The notes below the pieces were generated by a model. That model was not told the origin of the DNA. It saw only the letters and a program-made list of their open reading frames with translations, and made no database searches. The position numbers and the translations under genes were made by a program. A stretch of DNA of 64,000 nucleotides, from positions 15,640 to 79,639 of the forward strand of contig CAZWKA010000004.1 in the NCBI GenBank assembly GCA_964634875.1. The letters run 5' to 3'. Below, piece by piece: positions 22,717 through 31,665 of the stretch; position 1 is the first letter of the stretch, and each line of letters opens with the position of its first letter. This DNA is from an uncultured Gammaproteobacteria bacterium. Its GTDB lineage: Bacteria; Patescibacteriota; Patescibacteriia; Magasanikbacterales; GWA2-37-8.

Positions 22717-24321
22717 CTAGCTTCCGACGACGCTAAAAGAGCTAAGGGGAATTTCAAATAGTTTAATTATTTTTTCATTTTGCGGATTACGTTTTAAAAA
22801 AACAATGGTGTAACGATTAGCAAAAACTGGAGCCCAAGCCGGATCTTGAAGACGTCTAATAATAAAAGGAAATGTCCACGGTGATTTATTTGAAAAAGAA
22901 TACACCAGAGCATTAAAGCCATACATCTCGTTCACCTCTTTCCAGACCTCTTCATTCTGATGGAGAGGCGCATAAACCTCGTTGTAGAAAGCAGCCCGGT
23001 ATGCTTCCGGACGGTTATCAACAAAAGGGCGGATACGGGGGAACACATACCAAATCAGATAACTTCCGCTATCAAAATCGTTGAAGAGCGGCCCCGCAAT
23101 GCTCTGCTGCCTGATGAACTCACCTGCGCCGGCGGAGTCGTGTGCTACTGTAATTCCCAGCGCCCTGTACGACCTGATTATTTCCGCACGATTGATGAAG
23201 AAGGTGCTGAGGAGGACGATACCTATACTCAAAAACCAGTTTCGGGACCGGACATTGTTTAGAGACGGAAACAATCTACTACATTCAACAATTAGCAGTC
23301 CGGCAAATGGGATGCTAAAAAAACCAAACAGCGCAATATTACGCACCATCCGCCAGGTAAGCACGAAAAAAACAACAAAAAGAATGACTTGCAGCCATGG
23401 TACAAGAGTACGTTTTTTAACAAACAACAGTACTGAGCCGACTACTAGCAAAATACTAATACTTTTAAAAATAACAATCGGCCCATGCCAGGGATAACGG
23501 GCTGCTACTGCTGGCAGGGGTAAATTTTCTTGGATTTCAAAACCATACCCTTCTAAAATAGCGAGCGGATAAAACAGGCCCGCGCCTCCCGCGGGATTAG
23601 CAAGCCCTACTAGTACTACAAACACCAGTAACAACCCCAACGAGAGTCGTTCCTGATGCTGGCGAAGTGACGAAAAAACACTTCTTAAAAAATATAGCCC
23701 TACCAAGCAGGGGCCTAAGAAAAAATAAATATGGAGGTTTACCCAAAGTACTTGGATGATGGGAAGAAGAAGTAAAAAAGCATTCTTTAAGTTGCCTCGA
23801 CGGTACCTCTCCAGAATATAATAAAAAATCCCAACAAATAAATAGCTAAATATTTCCGGACGGATCTCATTGCGTTCAGCCAGAAGCGGAACAATTAAAA
23901 ATCCAGCAATTAAGGCTCCGAAACCCCGTTTATCGACCGGGATCACCGCCCAGAACAACAGAAGAGCAGCAACCAGAGTACAAGCCGAAAAAAATATCAG
24001 CCCAGTATAACCCGCAAGCTGCCACACTAAGAAAAAAATAACACCACTCCCCCAATGATGGTTAATAAAGGGCGCGTCGCTAAGGGTCGCAGCATAAAAA
24101 TTTGTCCGTAAAATAGGTTCAAGCGACTCTCCTTGGCGGACAGCTTCGACAATGATTCTTCCATTCTGCAAATGCCGCCCCAAATCCCCGCCACTAATAT
24201 CAATTTGATGGAACAGAAAAAAAGCATACCAGCCAACCAAAAAAAGCAGGTATAGTACGGACGGTTTCCGGAGAAGAGAAAATTTTTGTTGTAGCCAGTT
24301 TAAAGATACGGTGATACCCAC
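22717..24321 (-). CDS. Polytopic membrane protein, possibly a GT-C fold glycosyltransferase or other envelope-assembly protein.
   Basis: 534 aa with at least 10 TM helices and a roughly 130-aa C-terminal soluble domain. No catalytic motif could be confirmed by eye. Confidence 0.35.
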   Translation of the reverse strand: MGITVSLNWLQQKFSLLRKPSVLYLLFLVGWYAFFLFHQIDISGGDLGRHLQNGRIIVEAVRQGESLEPILRTNFYAATLSDAPFINHHWGSGVIFFLVWQLAGYTGLIFFSACTLVAALLLFWAVIPVDKRGFGALIAGFLIVPLLAERNEIRPEIFSYLFVGIFYYILERYRRGNLKNAFLLLLPIIQVLWVNLHIYFFLGPCLVGLYFLRSVFSSLRQHQERLSLGLLLVFVVLVGLANPAGGAGLFYPLAILEGYGFEIQENLPLPAVAARYPWHGPIVIFKSISILLVVGSVLLFVKKRTLVPWLQVILFVVFFVLTWRMVRNIALFGFFSIPFAGLLIVECSRLFPSLNNVRSRNWFLSIGIVLLSTFFINRAEIIRSYRALGITVAHDSAGAGEFIRQQSIAGPLFNDFDSGSYLIWYVFPRIRPFVDNRPEAYRAAFYNEVYAPLHQNEEVWKEVNEMYGFNALVYSFSNKSPWTFPFIIRRLQDPAWAPVFANRYTIVFLKRNPQNEKIIKLFEIPLSSFSVVGS

Positions 24322-24323
24322 AT

Positions 24324-24992
24324 TTATTTTTTGGAAGCAAAGGCGTGTTTACCGCTCCGACGGGAAAAATGCCAATATACTACCGCGCTGAGCAAGGCTG
24401 AAAAAAAGCACCAGACGGAAATAGCATTTTCCTTATACTGATACAGTGTAAATAAAAGCGACCCTAAAAGGACGATACCAAATACCTGAACTGTTTTTTT
24501 ACTCGACACTGCCCCCGATCCAACAACCACAAGCACATAGGCTGCCCACAGCAATTCAACATAGGGCGTCACAATGGAATACTGGATGCATTTGTTGAGA
24601 ATAAAAGCGGTTGGCGGATAAAGAAAAATTCGATAGAGTAAAAAGCTTCCCACACCGATACCCGCTAAACTAACGACCATAAGAATCTTTTGCCGGAGCA
24701 CGTTGTTTTCTAACAGTAAAATTGCAATGGGTAAAAATATTGGCCAGACACAAAGGGCAAAAATGGAATAAACAACAGCAAAAATATGCTGCGCCGGCAG
24801 AGCCCAACCAAACGAAAGCCAGACAAAGCCTTCGATAATTTGCTGCAAACCGAAAAGTAACGGCACGGCGGCAAACGGAATTTCATGGGGTGATTTTGCT
24901 TTTTTGAGTGTAGCCACCCCAATAGTGCTGAGAGCGACACCAGCGGCGAAACTGGCAACAGGTGAAAAACACATAGCATTATATATGACCAC
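24324..24992 (-). CDS. Hypothetical 6-TM membrane protein.
   Basis: Hydrophobic throughout. Its stop is 2 nt from the start of the downstream membrane protein gene, suggesting an operon. Confidence 0.35.
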   Translation of the reverse strand: MVIYNAMCFSPVASFAAGVALSTIGVATLKKAKSPHEIPFAAVPLLFGLQQIIEGFVWLSFGWALPAQHIFAVVYSIFALCVWPIFLPIAILLLENNVLRQKILMVVSLAGIGVGSFLLYRIFLYPPTAFILNKCIQYSIVTPYVELLWAAYVLVVVGSGAVSSKKTVQVFGIVLLGSLLFTLYQYKENAISVWCFFSALLSAVVYWHFSRRSGKHAFASKK

Positions 24993-25062
24993 AGTTTAGC
25001 ATTAAAAAACGCAAAAATCAATCTTTAAAAAAAGCCCTGGGTAGCCAGGGCTTTAAAAATAC

Positions 25063-25734
25063 TTATTGCTGAATTTTTTGCATGAGTTTGCTAAACGACG
25101 GGCGAAGTTTAATTTTTTCGTACCAGGCCAAAATATTCTGGTAAGCACCAAGTTCCATAGTGCATTGCAGTGCTGTAAGCACAATTGAAGCCAAGCACAC
25201 ATCGGCCACCGTAAAACTGCTACCAACCACAAAATCTTTGCCTGCCAGATGCGCATCAAGCACTTCAAAGTACCTGACCACATCGGCCCGACCCTGGTCT
25301 GCAGCCTCTGCCGTACCCATGCTAAACATCATAAAATATAACACCGGGTCAATATTACGTTGGAGGTGATTAAGACCCCACAGCAACCACTGCGAAACAA
25401 GTGCCCGCTCTTCAATTGTCGTACCAAGCATTTCGGGACGGTATTTTTCGGCGAGATAATTATTGATGGCACACGATTCCCATAGAACAAACTCACCATC
25501 AATCAACGTCGGCACCTTGCCATTGGGGTTAAGTTTTAAATACCACTCAGCCTTATGTTCTTTTTCTTTAAAATTAAGCGACTGTTGTTCATAAGGAACT
25601 GCTAATTCTTCAAGCATCCAGATGCAACGTGCCGCGCTGCCTTGAGCTGAGCCGTAAATTTTGATCATACCAAAATGATTAGGTGAATAAGAAAGTAGCG
25701 TACGCGATACACTGACTGGCGTCAACTCGCACAA
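25063..25734 (-). CDS. Glutathione S-transferase.
   Basis: Thioredoxin-like N-domain MIKIYGSAQGSAARCIWMLEELAVPYE...NPNGKVPTLIDG..VLWESCAINNYLAEKY and a helical C-domain. The likely start is MIKIYG at 25668. Confidence 0.75.
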   Translation of the reverse strand: MCELTPVSVSRTLLSYSPNHFGMIKIYGSAQGSAARCIWMLEELAVPYEQQSLNFKEKEHKAEWYLKLNPNGKVPTLIDGEFVLWESCAINNYLAEKYRPEMLGTTIEERALVSQWLLWGLNHLQRNIDPVLYFMMFSMGTAEAADQGRADVVRYFEVLDAHLAGKDFVVGSSFTVADVCLASIVLTALQCTMELGAYQNILAWYEKIKLRPSFSKLMQKIQQ

Positions 25735-25747
25735 CTCACTTTTCAGT

Positions 25748-25781
25748 TAAAAAAGAAGAACGCGACCCTGGTGGGTCGCGT
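25748..25781 (-). terminator. GC-rich hairpin acgcgaccc-tggt-gggtcgcgt followed on the minus strand by a T-rich run. Terminator of the GC-rich gene at 25854-27293.
   Basis: 9-bp perfect stem. The minus strand reads acgcgacccaccagggtcgcgttcttcttttttaac. Confidence 0.55.
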
Positions 25782-25853
25782 TCGCGTGTTCGAGCGCAGC
25801 TCGCAGCGTTGGCCGCGAGTGTGCGCTACAGGTTGGCGCCTGGTGGCGCGAAC

Positions 25854-27293
25854 CTACTTCTGCTTCTTGCCCTTCTTGAAGTGGTTGCCGCGCCCGCCTT
25901 CGTTCGGGATCTGCGCCTTCTGCGCCGCCCCATTGGTCTTGGCCTGCTGCGTCTTGTCCTGCGCCCTCTGGATCACACCAGCGAGCATGGCGAGGACCTC
26001 GGCCTGGAGCTCGGGGCTATCGGCGCGCACGAGGTCCGTGCGATCCGCGTCGTCCGCGAGGTACTTGTCCTCGCAGCGGGAGGCCACAACGTAGATGATG
26101 GCGCTGCCCAGGCGCTGCGGGTACGCCTCGTCGCTGGTCTTGAGGCCGACGAGCGAGGTCAGCTGGCCCTGGGCGGCCTCGTGGAAGAGCCGCTCGCGGG
26201 AGTGGCTGGGCTCGCCCTTGGCGTCCATGGTGTAGACGCGCATGACCTTGTGCGTCATGCGCTCGACCTTGGGGTCGTTCGAGGACGTGCCGATGACGAG
26301 CGCCAGCGCGCGTCGGACATGGTTCGTGAGGTTCTTCTTGGCCTCGGCGAACTCGCCGATCCGGCGCTCGTCCTCGGGCGAGAGCGGTGTCTTCTCCTTC
26401 TTCGTGGTGGCCACGGTGGTGGCCGGAGCCGGGTAGTTGTCCCACACCCAGCTGAACGCGGCGTCGTCCCGCATCAGGTCGTAGACCCGCTGCTTGGTGG
26501 ACCCGCTGGCGAACATCTCGGGCGGGCTGACCTGGAAGAACTTGGTCATGGCGATGTTGACGCCGCCGTTGATGAGGTCGAGGATCCGACCCCGGTGGAC
26601 GGCGAGGGCCTGGCGGCGGCCGGTGTCCTGCTCGCCCGTGAGCTCGAGCTCGATGCTCATGTCCTTGACGACATTGAGCAGGTGGAAACGGATCGCAGCG
26701 AGGGTCATGCAGTCCTCGTCCTCGCCGATCGCCTGGAAGGTCCAGAGGGGCAGGCACTGGATGCCCACGTTGTGGATCTTCAGGTTGCGGACCCGGATAT
26801 CCAGCAACCGCGCGAGGCGGAGGCGCTCGACCTCGGCCTGCTGATCCTTCTGGCGCTGCTCGGCTTCGGCCTTCTCGGCGGCGGCCTGGAGGTCGCGGGC
26901 GGCGACGCTCTTGAGCTTGGTGCTGGCGCCCTTGGCCGCGATGTGGTGACCCTTGACCTGGATCTCGAGCTGCTGGAGCTGCGCGGAGAGCTGCTGGTGC
27001 TCCTTCACGTAACCCTGGAACTCCTCCAGGATCTCGCTGGGGATCACACCCCCGTCCTTCTCAATCTGGGTGATGGCCTCGTCGGCCGGGACGATGAGCT
27101 CGTCGAGCTCCTTGACCTGCACGCGCAGCTGATTGATCTGATCGGACAGCTTGTCACCCGCGCTCTGGCAGCCAAGCTGGATGCGGAGCAAGAAGTCGCG
27201 GGGCGACGAGATGACCTTCCCACCATCCGACTGCCCGGTGGGGGCGTCGGCGTGGATGGCGGCGGAACCGGACAGTGCGGTGGACTGCGACAT
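25854..27293 (-). CDS. High-GC (about 65-67%) foreign-composition gene encoding a 479-aa protein with a roughly 150-aa N-terminal coiled coil and a basic C-terminal tail. Function unknown.
   Basis: Strong GC3 bias in this frame only; the overlapping ORFs on the opposite strand translate to L/G/A/D/R low-complexity junk. The start is set at MSQSTALSG (ATG 27293), which is preceded by a strong RBS AAGGAGAGG, absent from native genes. The C-terminus reads ...NEGGRGNHFKKGKKQK. Candidate capsid-like or scaffold-containing structural protein (inference). Confidence 0.5.
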   Translation of the reverse strand: MSQSTALSGSAAIHADAPTGQSDGGKVISSPRDFLLRIQLGCQSAGDKLSDQINQLRVQVKELDELIVPADEAITQIEKDGGVIPSEILEEFQGYVKEHQQLSAQLQQLEIQVKGHHIAAKGASTKLKSVAARDLQAAAEKAEAEQRQKDQQAEVERLRLARLLDIRVRNLKIHNVGIQCLPLWTFQAIGEDEDCMTLAAIRFHLLNVVKDMSIELELTGEQDTGRRQALAVHRGRILDLINGGVNIAMTKFFQVSPPEMFASGSTKQRVYDLMRDDAAFSWVWDNYPAPATTVATTKKEKTPLSPEDERRIGEFAEAKKNLTNHVRRALALVIGTSSNDPKVERMTHKVMRVYTMDAKGEPSHSRERLFHEAAQGQLTSLVGLKTSDEAYPQRLGSAIIYVVASRCEDKYLADDADRTDLVRADSPELQAEVLAMLAGVIQRAQDKTQQAKTNGAAQKAQIPNEGGRGNHFKKGKKQK

Positions 27294-27347
27294 GAGCCTC
27301 TCCTTGGACAATGGGACTCTTGGATCTAGGGCACTTCGCCTTTTGAT

Positions 27348-27401
27348 CCTGAACCCCCCAAAGCGTTGCACAAAACTTCTGCACTGCTGCGGGGGGTTCA
27401 A
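27348..27401. repeat. Inverted repeat gaacccccc ... ggggggttc (9-bp arms, about 36-nt spacer) in the AT-rich divergent intergenic region of the GC-rich island.
   Basis: gaacccccc at 27348-27356 and ggggggttc at 27393-27401. Confidence 0.4.
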
Positions 27402-27714
27402 AATATAAGTATGTTTTAGTGTAAAAGAGCGACCTCACAAGATAGCACAAAAATCACCTTTTGTCAAGAGTAAAAAAGACTTATTCTAAGCCAAAAAGAT
27501 TGTAACCGGAACCGAACTTTTACACTTTTGTAACTAAAAATAGCCAACTAGCAGTTTTTTTGCTAAAAATAAACCTTTTTAAGCCCGGGCCCCTTGACAT
27601 ACCTATGTATGAGATGATAGAAAAATCATCGTCAGCTCAGTGCAGCTGGCGTAGCAAGGGGTTTAAAGCAATGCGCACCGTGAATAAAACGTTCAATTTG
27701 AGCAGGGGGAATCA

Positions 27715-27930
27715 ATGTCTTTGAAGCCGGAAATGGTGGACACCGGAATGGGCGGCCTTCGGGTTGACCCGCAAGCCCTCCGCCGACACGAGGCCGAGCA
27801 AGCGGCGAACCAGGTCGCTAGCGGCAAGCTCCTCAAGCACCGCCCCAGCCGAACCGTCCTCTTCACGCTCGCACTCCTCGTTCTGCCTATCGTGGTCACC
27901 ACGCTGATCGCGATCCTGGGTCGTCGCTAG
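27715..27930 (+). CDS. Small high-GC tail-anchored membrane protein (71 aa).
   Basis: Soluble N-terminus and a single C-terminal TM helix LFTLALLVLPIVVTTLIAILGRR. Same GC-rich codon usage as the neighbouring foreign gene. Confidence 0.35.
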   Translation: MSLKPEMVDTGMGGLRVDPQALRRHEAEQAANQVASGKLLKHRPSRTVLFTLALLVLPIVVTTLIAILGRR

Positions 27931-28041
27931 CCCCACCCCTTCCCCGGAACCTCCCCGCCACCGTGCAGGTTGAGGTACGCCAACCGGGATCTTTCTCAGT
28001 TTTCTACTCTTAGAAAATCGAGATTGGTTCCGGTTTTTTAA

Positions 28042-28069
28042 TTGAAATAGATTTAAAACCTGCTATACT
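28042..28069 (+). promoter_or_regulatory. Sigma70-like promoter TTGAAA-N16-TATACT upstream of the FkbM methyltransferase gene.
   Basis: -35 at 28042-28047 and -10 at 28064-28069, with the ATG at 28079. Confidence 0.35.
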
Positions 28070-28078
28070 AGGCGCACT

Positions 28079-28774
28079 ATGGAAAAACGAACTTTTACGT
28101 TTAACAACCAAACCCTGCACGTCTCACTGCGTGACGAAGCTGACAACAGCGTCTTTGCAGAAATTTTTAAATTGCGCGAATATCGGCGGGCAGAAGAAAA
28201 AATTATTACAGCCACCTCACCCATTATCGATGTCGGTGCTCACGCTGGGTTTTTCAGTCTGTACACCCGGGCACTCAATCCAACTGCCCCTATCTTCGCA
28301 CTTGAACCAGAAGCGAATAACCTGGAGGCATTAGAAAAGACGGTTGAACAGAATAAGCTTGCTGGAGTCAGCATAATTCCGAAGGCGCTCCACGACCAAA
28401 CCGGTCGCGCTAATTTAATGTTGGCAGCAGATAATCACAATCATTATATTGAACGACCTTTTAAGGGCGATGGCAAAAAAATTCGCGTGGCAACAATTTC
28501 TTTGAGTGAATTATGCTCACTGTATGCTATTACTAAAATTTCCCTTGTTAAAATGGATATTGAAGGTGGCGAATACGTTATTTTTGACAGTTGGGACGAT
28601 AAAGATTTCGGCATGATCGAAACGATTATCCTTGAATACCACAACACCAAATCCAAAACCTACAAATTAATCGAGACGCGCCTGCGTGAACATGGATTTA
28701 GCGTTGAAGTATTCCCTTCAAAGTTTGAAAAGACCATGGGCTTTCTTTTTGCGCAAAATAAGCGAAAGTCATAA
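28079..28774 (+). CDS. FkbM-family SAM-dependent methyltransferase.
   Basis: IDVGAHAGFFSLY is the Gly-rich SAM motif of Methyltransf_21/FkbM; ...LVKMDIEGGEY is also present. Confidence 0.65.
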   Translation: MEKRTFTFNNQTLHVSLRDEADNSVFAEIFKLREYRRAEEKIITATSPIIDVGAHAGFFSLYTRALNPTAPIFALEPEANNLEALEKTVEQNKLAGVSIIPKALHDQTGRANLMLAADNHNHYIERPFKGDGKKIRVATISLSELCSLYAITKISLVKMDIEGGEYVIFDSWDDKDFGMIETIILEYHNTKSKTYKLIETRLREHGFSVEVFPSKFEKTMGFLFAQNKRKS

Positions 28775-28862
28775 AAAAGTTGCGCTAGAAATTCTACATT
28801 CCGTAGAATTTTTTTTATTTCTGTAGTATACTTACCTCGCTTGTTACATTTTTGAATCTCAC

Positions 28863-30230
28863 TTGATAATTTCGAGTACGTTCAAAAGTTTTCTCTCGTT
28901 TATTATGAAAAAGGAGGCTTGGGTAGTGGCTGTCGACATGGGATATGGCCATCAACGTGCAGCGTATCCCCTGCGCCACCTCTCCCCTACGGGGAAAGTT
29001 ATTATCGCCAACAAATACGAAGGTATTCCGGCAAGTGACTACCGGCTGTGGCATGGCGGGCAAAAATTTTATGAAACCATTTCTCGCCTTAGTAACGTGC
29101 CTGTCGTTGGGAAATTGATTTTTGGACTCCTGGATAAATTCCAAGAAGTCCCCCCTTTTTATCCTCGCCGCGATTTATCGGCTCCTAATTTACAGGTTCG
29201 CCAAAATTATTATTTAGTTAACAAGGGCTGGGGCAAAGATTTGGTAAACTTCCTCAACAAAAGAAACATTCCCCTTATTACCACTTTTTTTACGGTCGCC
29301 TTCATGGCTGAAGAACATGGATTTAAAAACGATATCTATGTCGTCATTTGTGACTCGGACATCAGCCGCGCCTGGGTACCACTTCACCCAGCAAAAAGCC
29401 GCATTAAATATTTTGCTCCCTGTAGGCAGGTTGTTAGCCGTCTCAAGCTCTACGGTATTAAAGATGAAAACATTTTTTTAACCGGCTTTCCTCTGCCCGA
29501 AGAAAATATAGGGACAACTCATTTGAAAACGCTACAACACGACCTGGCTGAACGCATTATTAATCTCGATCCCGAAAAACGCTATCGTCAAAAATACGCC
29601 TCGACTATCAAGCAATTTATTTCCAAAATAAAACTCAACGTCAAACACAATCACCCGCTCACCCTTACGTTTGCCGTCGGCGGAGCCGGTGCCCAGCGTA
29701 AAATCGCGGATGCTATTTTATATAGCCTTAAAAATAAAATTCTTAAAAAGGAAATCAACCTGAACCTCGTTGCCGGCAGCCGCAATGACGTATTTTTGTA
29801 TTTTAAACAACGTATTTGCGAACTAGGGCTTGATAAGCGCCTAGGGAAAAACTTACAAATACTTTTTGCGGTTGATAAAGAGGATTATTTTAAACTGTTT
29901 AACGAAGCGCTTCATACTACCGACATCCTTTGGACCAAGCCGAGTGAACTCGTTTTTTACTCAGCGCTCGGCCTCCCTATTATTATGGCACCCTCCCTGG
30001 GTAGCCAGGAAAAGTTCAACCGCATCTGGCTCAAGACTATTGATGGTGGCATTAGCCAAAACGACCCTCGGTATACGCATGAATGGCTTTTTGACTGGGT
30101 TAACTCCGGCTGGCTGGCGGAAGCGGCTATGTCGGGGTACCTGGATGCCCGGCAATTTGGGGTTAAAAACATTGTGGATGTGGTTTTTAATGGCGCACGG
30201 CAGCTTGATAAGAATTATCAACTACTCTAA
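28863..30230 (+). CDS. Putative GT-B glycosyltransferase, MGDG-synthase/UgtP/MurG-like (GT28-like).
   Basis: N-terminal VAVDMGYGHQRAAYPL resembles the GxGH..A motif of the MGDG synthase N-terminal domain. The C-terminal half is Rossmann-like. Assignment is tentative. Confidence 0.3.
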   Translation: MIISSTFKSFLSFIMKKEAWVVAVDMGYGHQRAAYPLRHLSPTGKVIIANKYEGIPASDYRLWHGGQKFYETISRLSNVPVVGKLIFGLLDKFQEVPPFYPRRDLSAPNLQVRQNYYLVNKGWGKDLVNFLNKRNIPLITTFFTVAFMAEEHGFKNDIYVVICDSDISRAWVPLHPAKSRIKYFAPCRQVVSRLKLYGIKDENIFLTGFPLPEENIGTTHLKTLQHDLAERIINLDPEKRYRQKYASTIKQFISKIKLNVKHNHPLTLTFAVGGAGAQRKIADAILYSLKNKILKKEINLNLVAGSRNDVFLYFKQRICELGLDKRLGKNLQILFAVDKEDYFKLFNEALHTTDILWTKPSELVFYSALGLPIIMAPSLGSQEKFNRIWLKTIDGGISQNDPRYTHEWLFDWVNSGWLAEAAMSGYLDARQFGVKNIVDVVFNGARQLDKNYQLL

Positions 30231-30278
30231 GGTTGACAGTGCCCAACCCATTATATATACTAACGCTACTCAATTTAT

Positions 30279-30350
30279 TCCCGGGTAGCGCAGCGGTAGC
30301 GCAGTTGGCTGTTAACCAATTGGTCGTCGGTTCGAATCCGACCCCGGGAG
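30279..30350 (+). tRNA. tRNA-Asn (anticodon GTT).
   Basis: Cloverleaf folded by hand: acceptor tcccggg/cccggga, D-arm gcgc-agcggta-gcgc, anticodon stem gttgg/ccaat with loop ctGTTaa, T-arm gtcgg-ttcgaat-ccgac, discriminator G. Confidence 0.8.
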
Positions 30351-30495
30351 CGATCAAAAATAATGGCTAGAATTAGCCATTATTTTACTTTTTACTTAAT
30401 TAAGTAAAAAGTAATGACTTGACAAGCGAAGACAAATCGGTTGAGAAAACAGCGGCATTAGAGCAGTATTGCGTTGCGTTTAATTTTAAAATTCT

Positions 30496-31179
30496 ATGAA
30501 AAAAATATATTTTTTACTTCTTGGACTATTGTGTTTTGGCATGAGCGGGTGTGCGTTAAGTGGAAAGACCAATCAAAACTCTAATAACAATACCCCTTCA
30601 TCAACACTCGCCTCGTCTTTTGATATTAATAATCTAGATACCTGGGATACTTTTAGCTCTAAAGAATGGAATCTTAGTTTTAAGCATCCTCAGCAATGGA
30701 AGCTAGCGAAAGAAGAGGGCGCCCAGTATCAGCATATTTTTATTTTTAAAGATGAAATAACTGATAAAAACTTATTTCAGGTCACGATCGAACCACTCTC
30801 TTTCGCACCAGTTAAAATAGAAAGTGATTCGGATGGTGATTTTACTACGAAAACACAGCAAGAAATAAATTCTTTACGTGAAAAAATTAAAAAGAGTCCG
30901 TCTTTGATCCTTGCCAGCAAGACACCTGCTCTGCTAAGCACAAACTACGACATTCCAGGTGGCGGATTCCATCGTCGTGCACAATTTTATATAAATAATG
31001 ATCTGGTAACAATTACTCTTGTCTTGGGCATAGAATCACCCACCATACCTTGGGGAGAAGAAAAAAGAAGAATTGTTCAAAAAACTATAGATGATATTAA
31101 CCAAGGAAATGGAGGTCCTGAGGCAAAGGAAAGCTTAGCTATTTTTGAAAACATAATTAATTCTTTAGAAATATTATAG
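30496..31179 (+). CDS. Hypothetical lipoprotein.
   Basis: MKKIYFLLLGLLCFGMSGC lipobox. Confidence 0.45.
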   Translation: MKKIYFLLLGLLCFGMSGCALSGKTNQNSNNNTPSSTLASSFDINNLDTWDTFSSKEWNLSFKHPQQWKLAKEEGAQYQHIFIFKDEITDKNLFQVTIEPLSFAPVKIESDSDGDFTTKTQQEINSLREKIKKSPSLILASKTPALLSTNYDIPGGGFHRRAQFYINNDLVTITLVLGIESPTIPWGEEKRRIVQKTIDDINQGNGGPEAKESLAIFENIINSLEIL

Positions 31180-31665
31180 ATAAGAAAGGATCGCTGCTTA
31201 CTTAGGTTAGCAACCGGGGATCTATCTACGAATATTTTAAAAAGTATTAAGAGACAGATAATTGTTCGGACAATTTTTCCAATCAATAGATCTAAACTCG
31301 CCCAACCAAGGGAGCGCAGTAGCATGAAGGGCTAATTGAAGTACGGTATCAAAGGGTTTTCTTAGCTCAAATTCTAATTTTCTTCCATTTACAAACGGGT
31401 TCTGAATTAGTAATCTAATCAGAGCTCGTTTTTCGTTAACTTCAGAACCATCAAAAATCTGTTTAACCCTACGAGAGAAATTTAATACAGTGGACAAGTG
31501 AATATGATACTCGTGGTCGGCCTTGCGTACTCTTCTGGCTCAACACTAAGACGATATTGCTTGTCTTTAAACTCTTACAGTTTTTGTCATAGTCGTCCTT
31601 AGTACCCCCCGAGTGAAGACGTGGTGAGTTCATGACTAGTATGGTATGCTCAATAGAATAATCCT

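Noticed and set aside
25809-27329. 506-aa plus-strand ORF (and the nested 246-aa minus-strand ORF at 26017-26757) inside the GC-rich island.
   Set aside because: The translations are dominated by L/G/A/R/D/V runs with no motifs. These are typical spurious ORFs on the antisense or alternative frames of high-GC coding DNA. The minus-strand frame at 25854-27293 has normal amino-acid composition and an SD.
27294-27401. N-terminal 36-codon extension (MNPPQQ...) of the GC-rich gene in the ORF track.
   Set aside because: The extension runs through the AT-rich leader and the C6/G6 inverted repeat. The internal ATG at 27293 has a strong AAGGAGAGG RBS and marks where GC-rich codon usage begins.
31237-31497. 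86-aa ORF (TTG start) downstream of tRNA-Asn, considered as a recombinase or integrase remnant.
   Set aside because: I could not find any catalytic recombinase motif (no R..H..R..Y, no Ser-recombinase block). It is kept only as an orphan ORF in the finding on a possible island.
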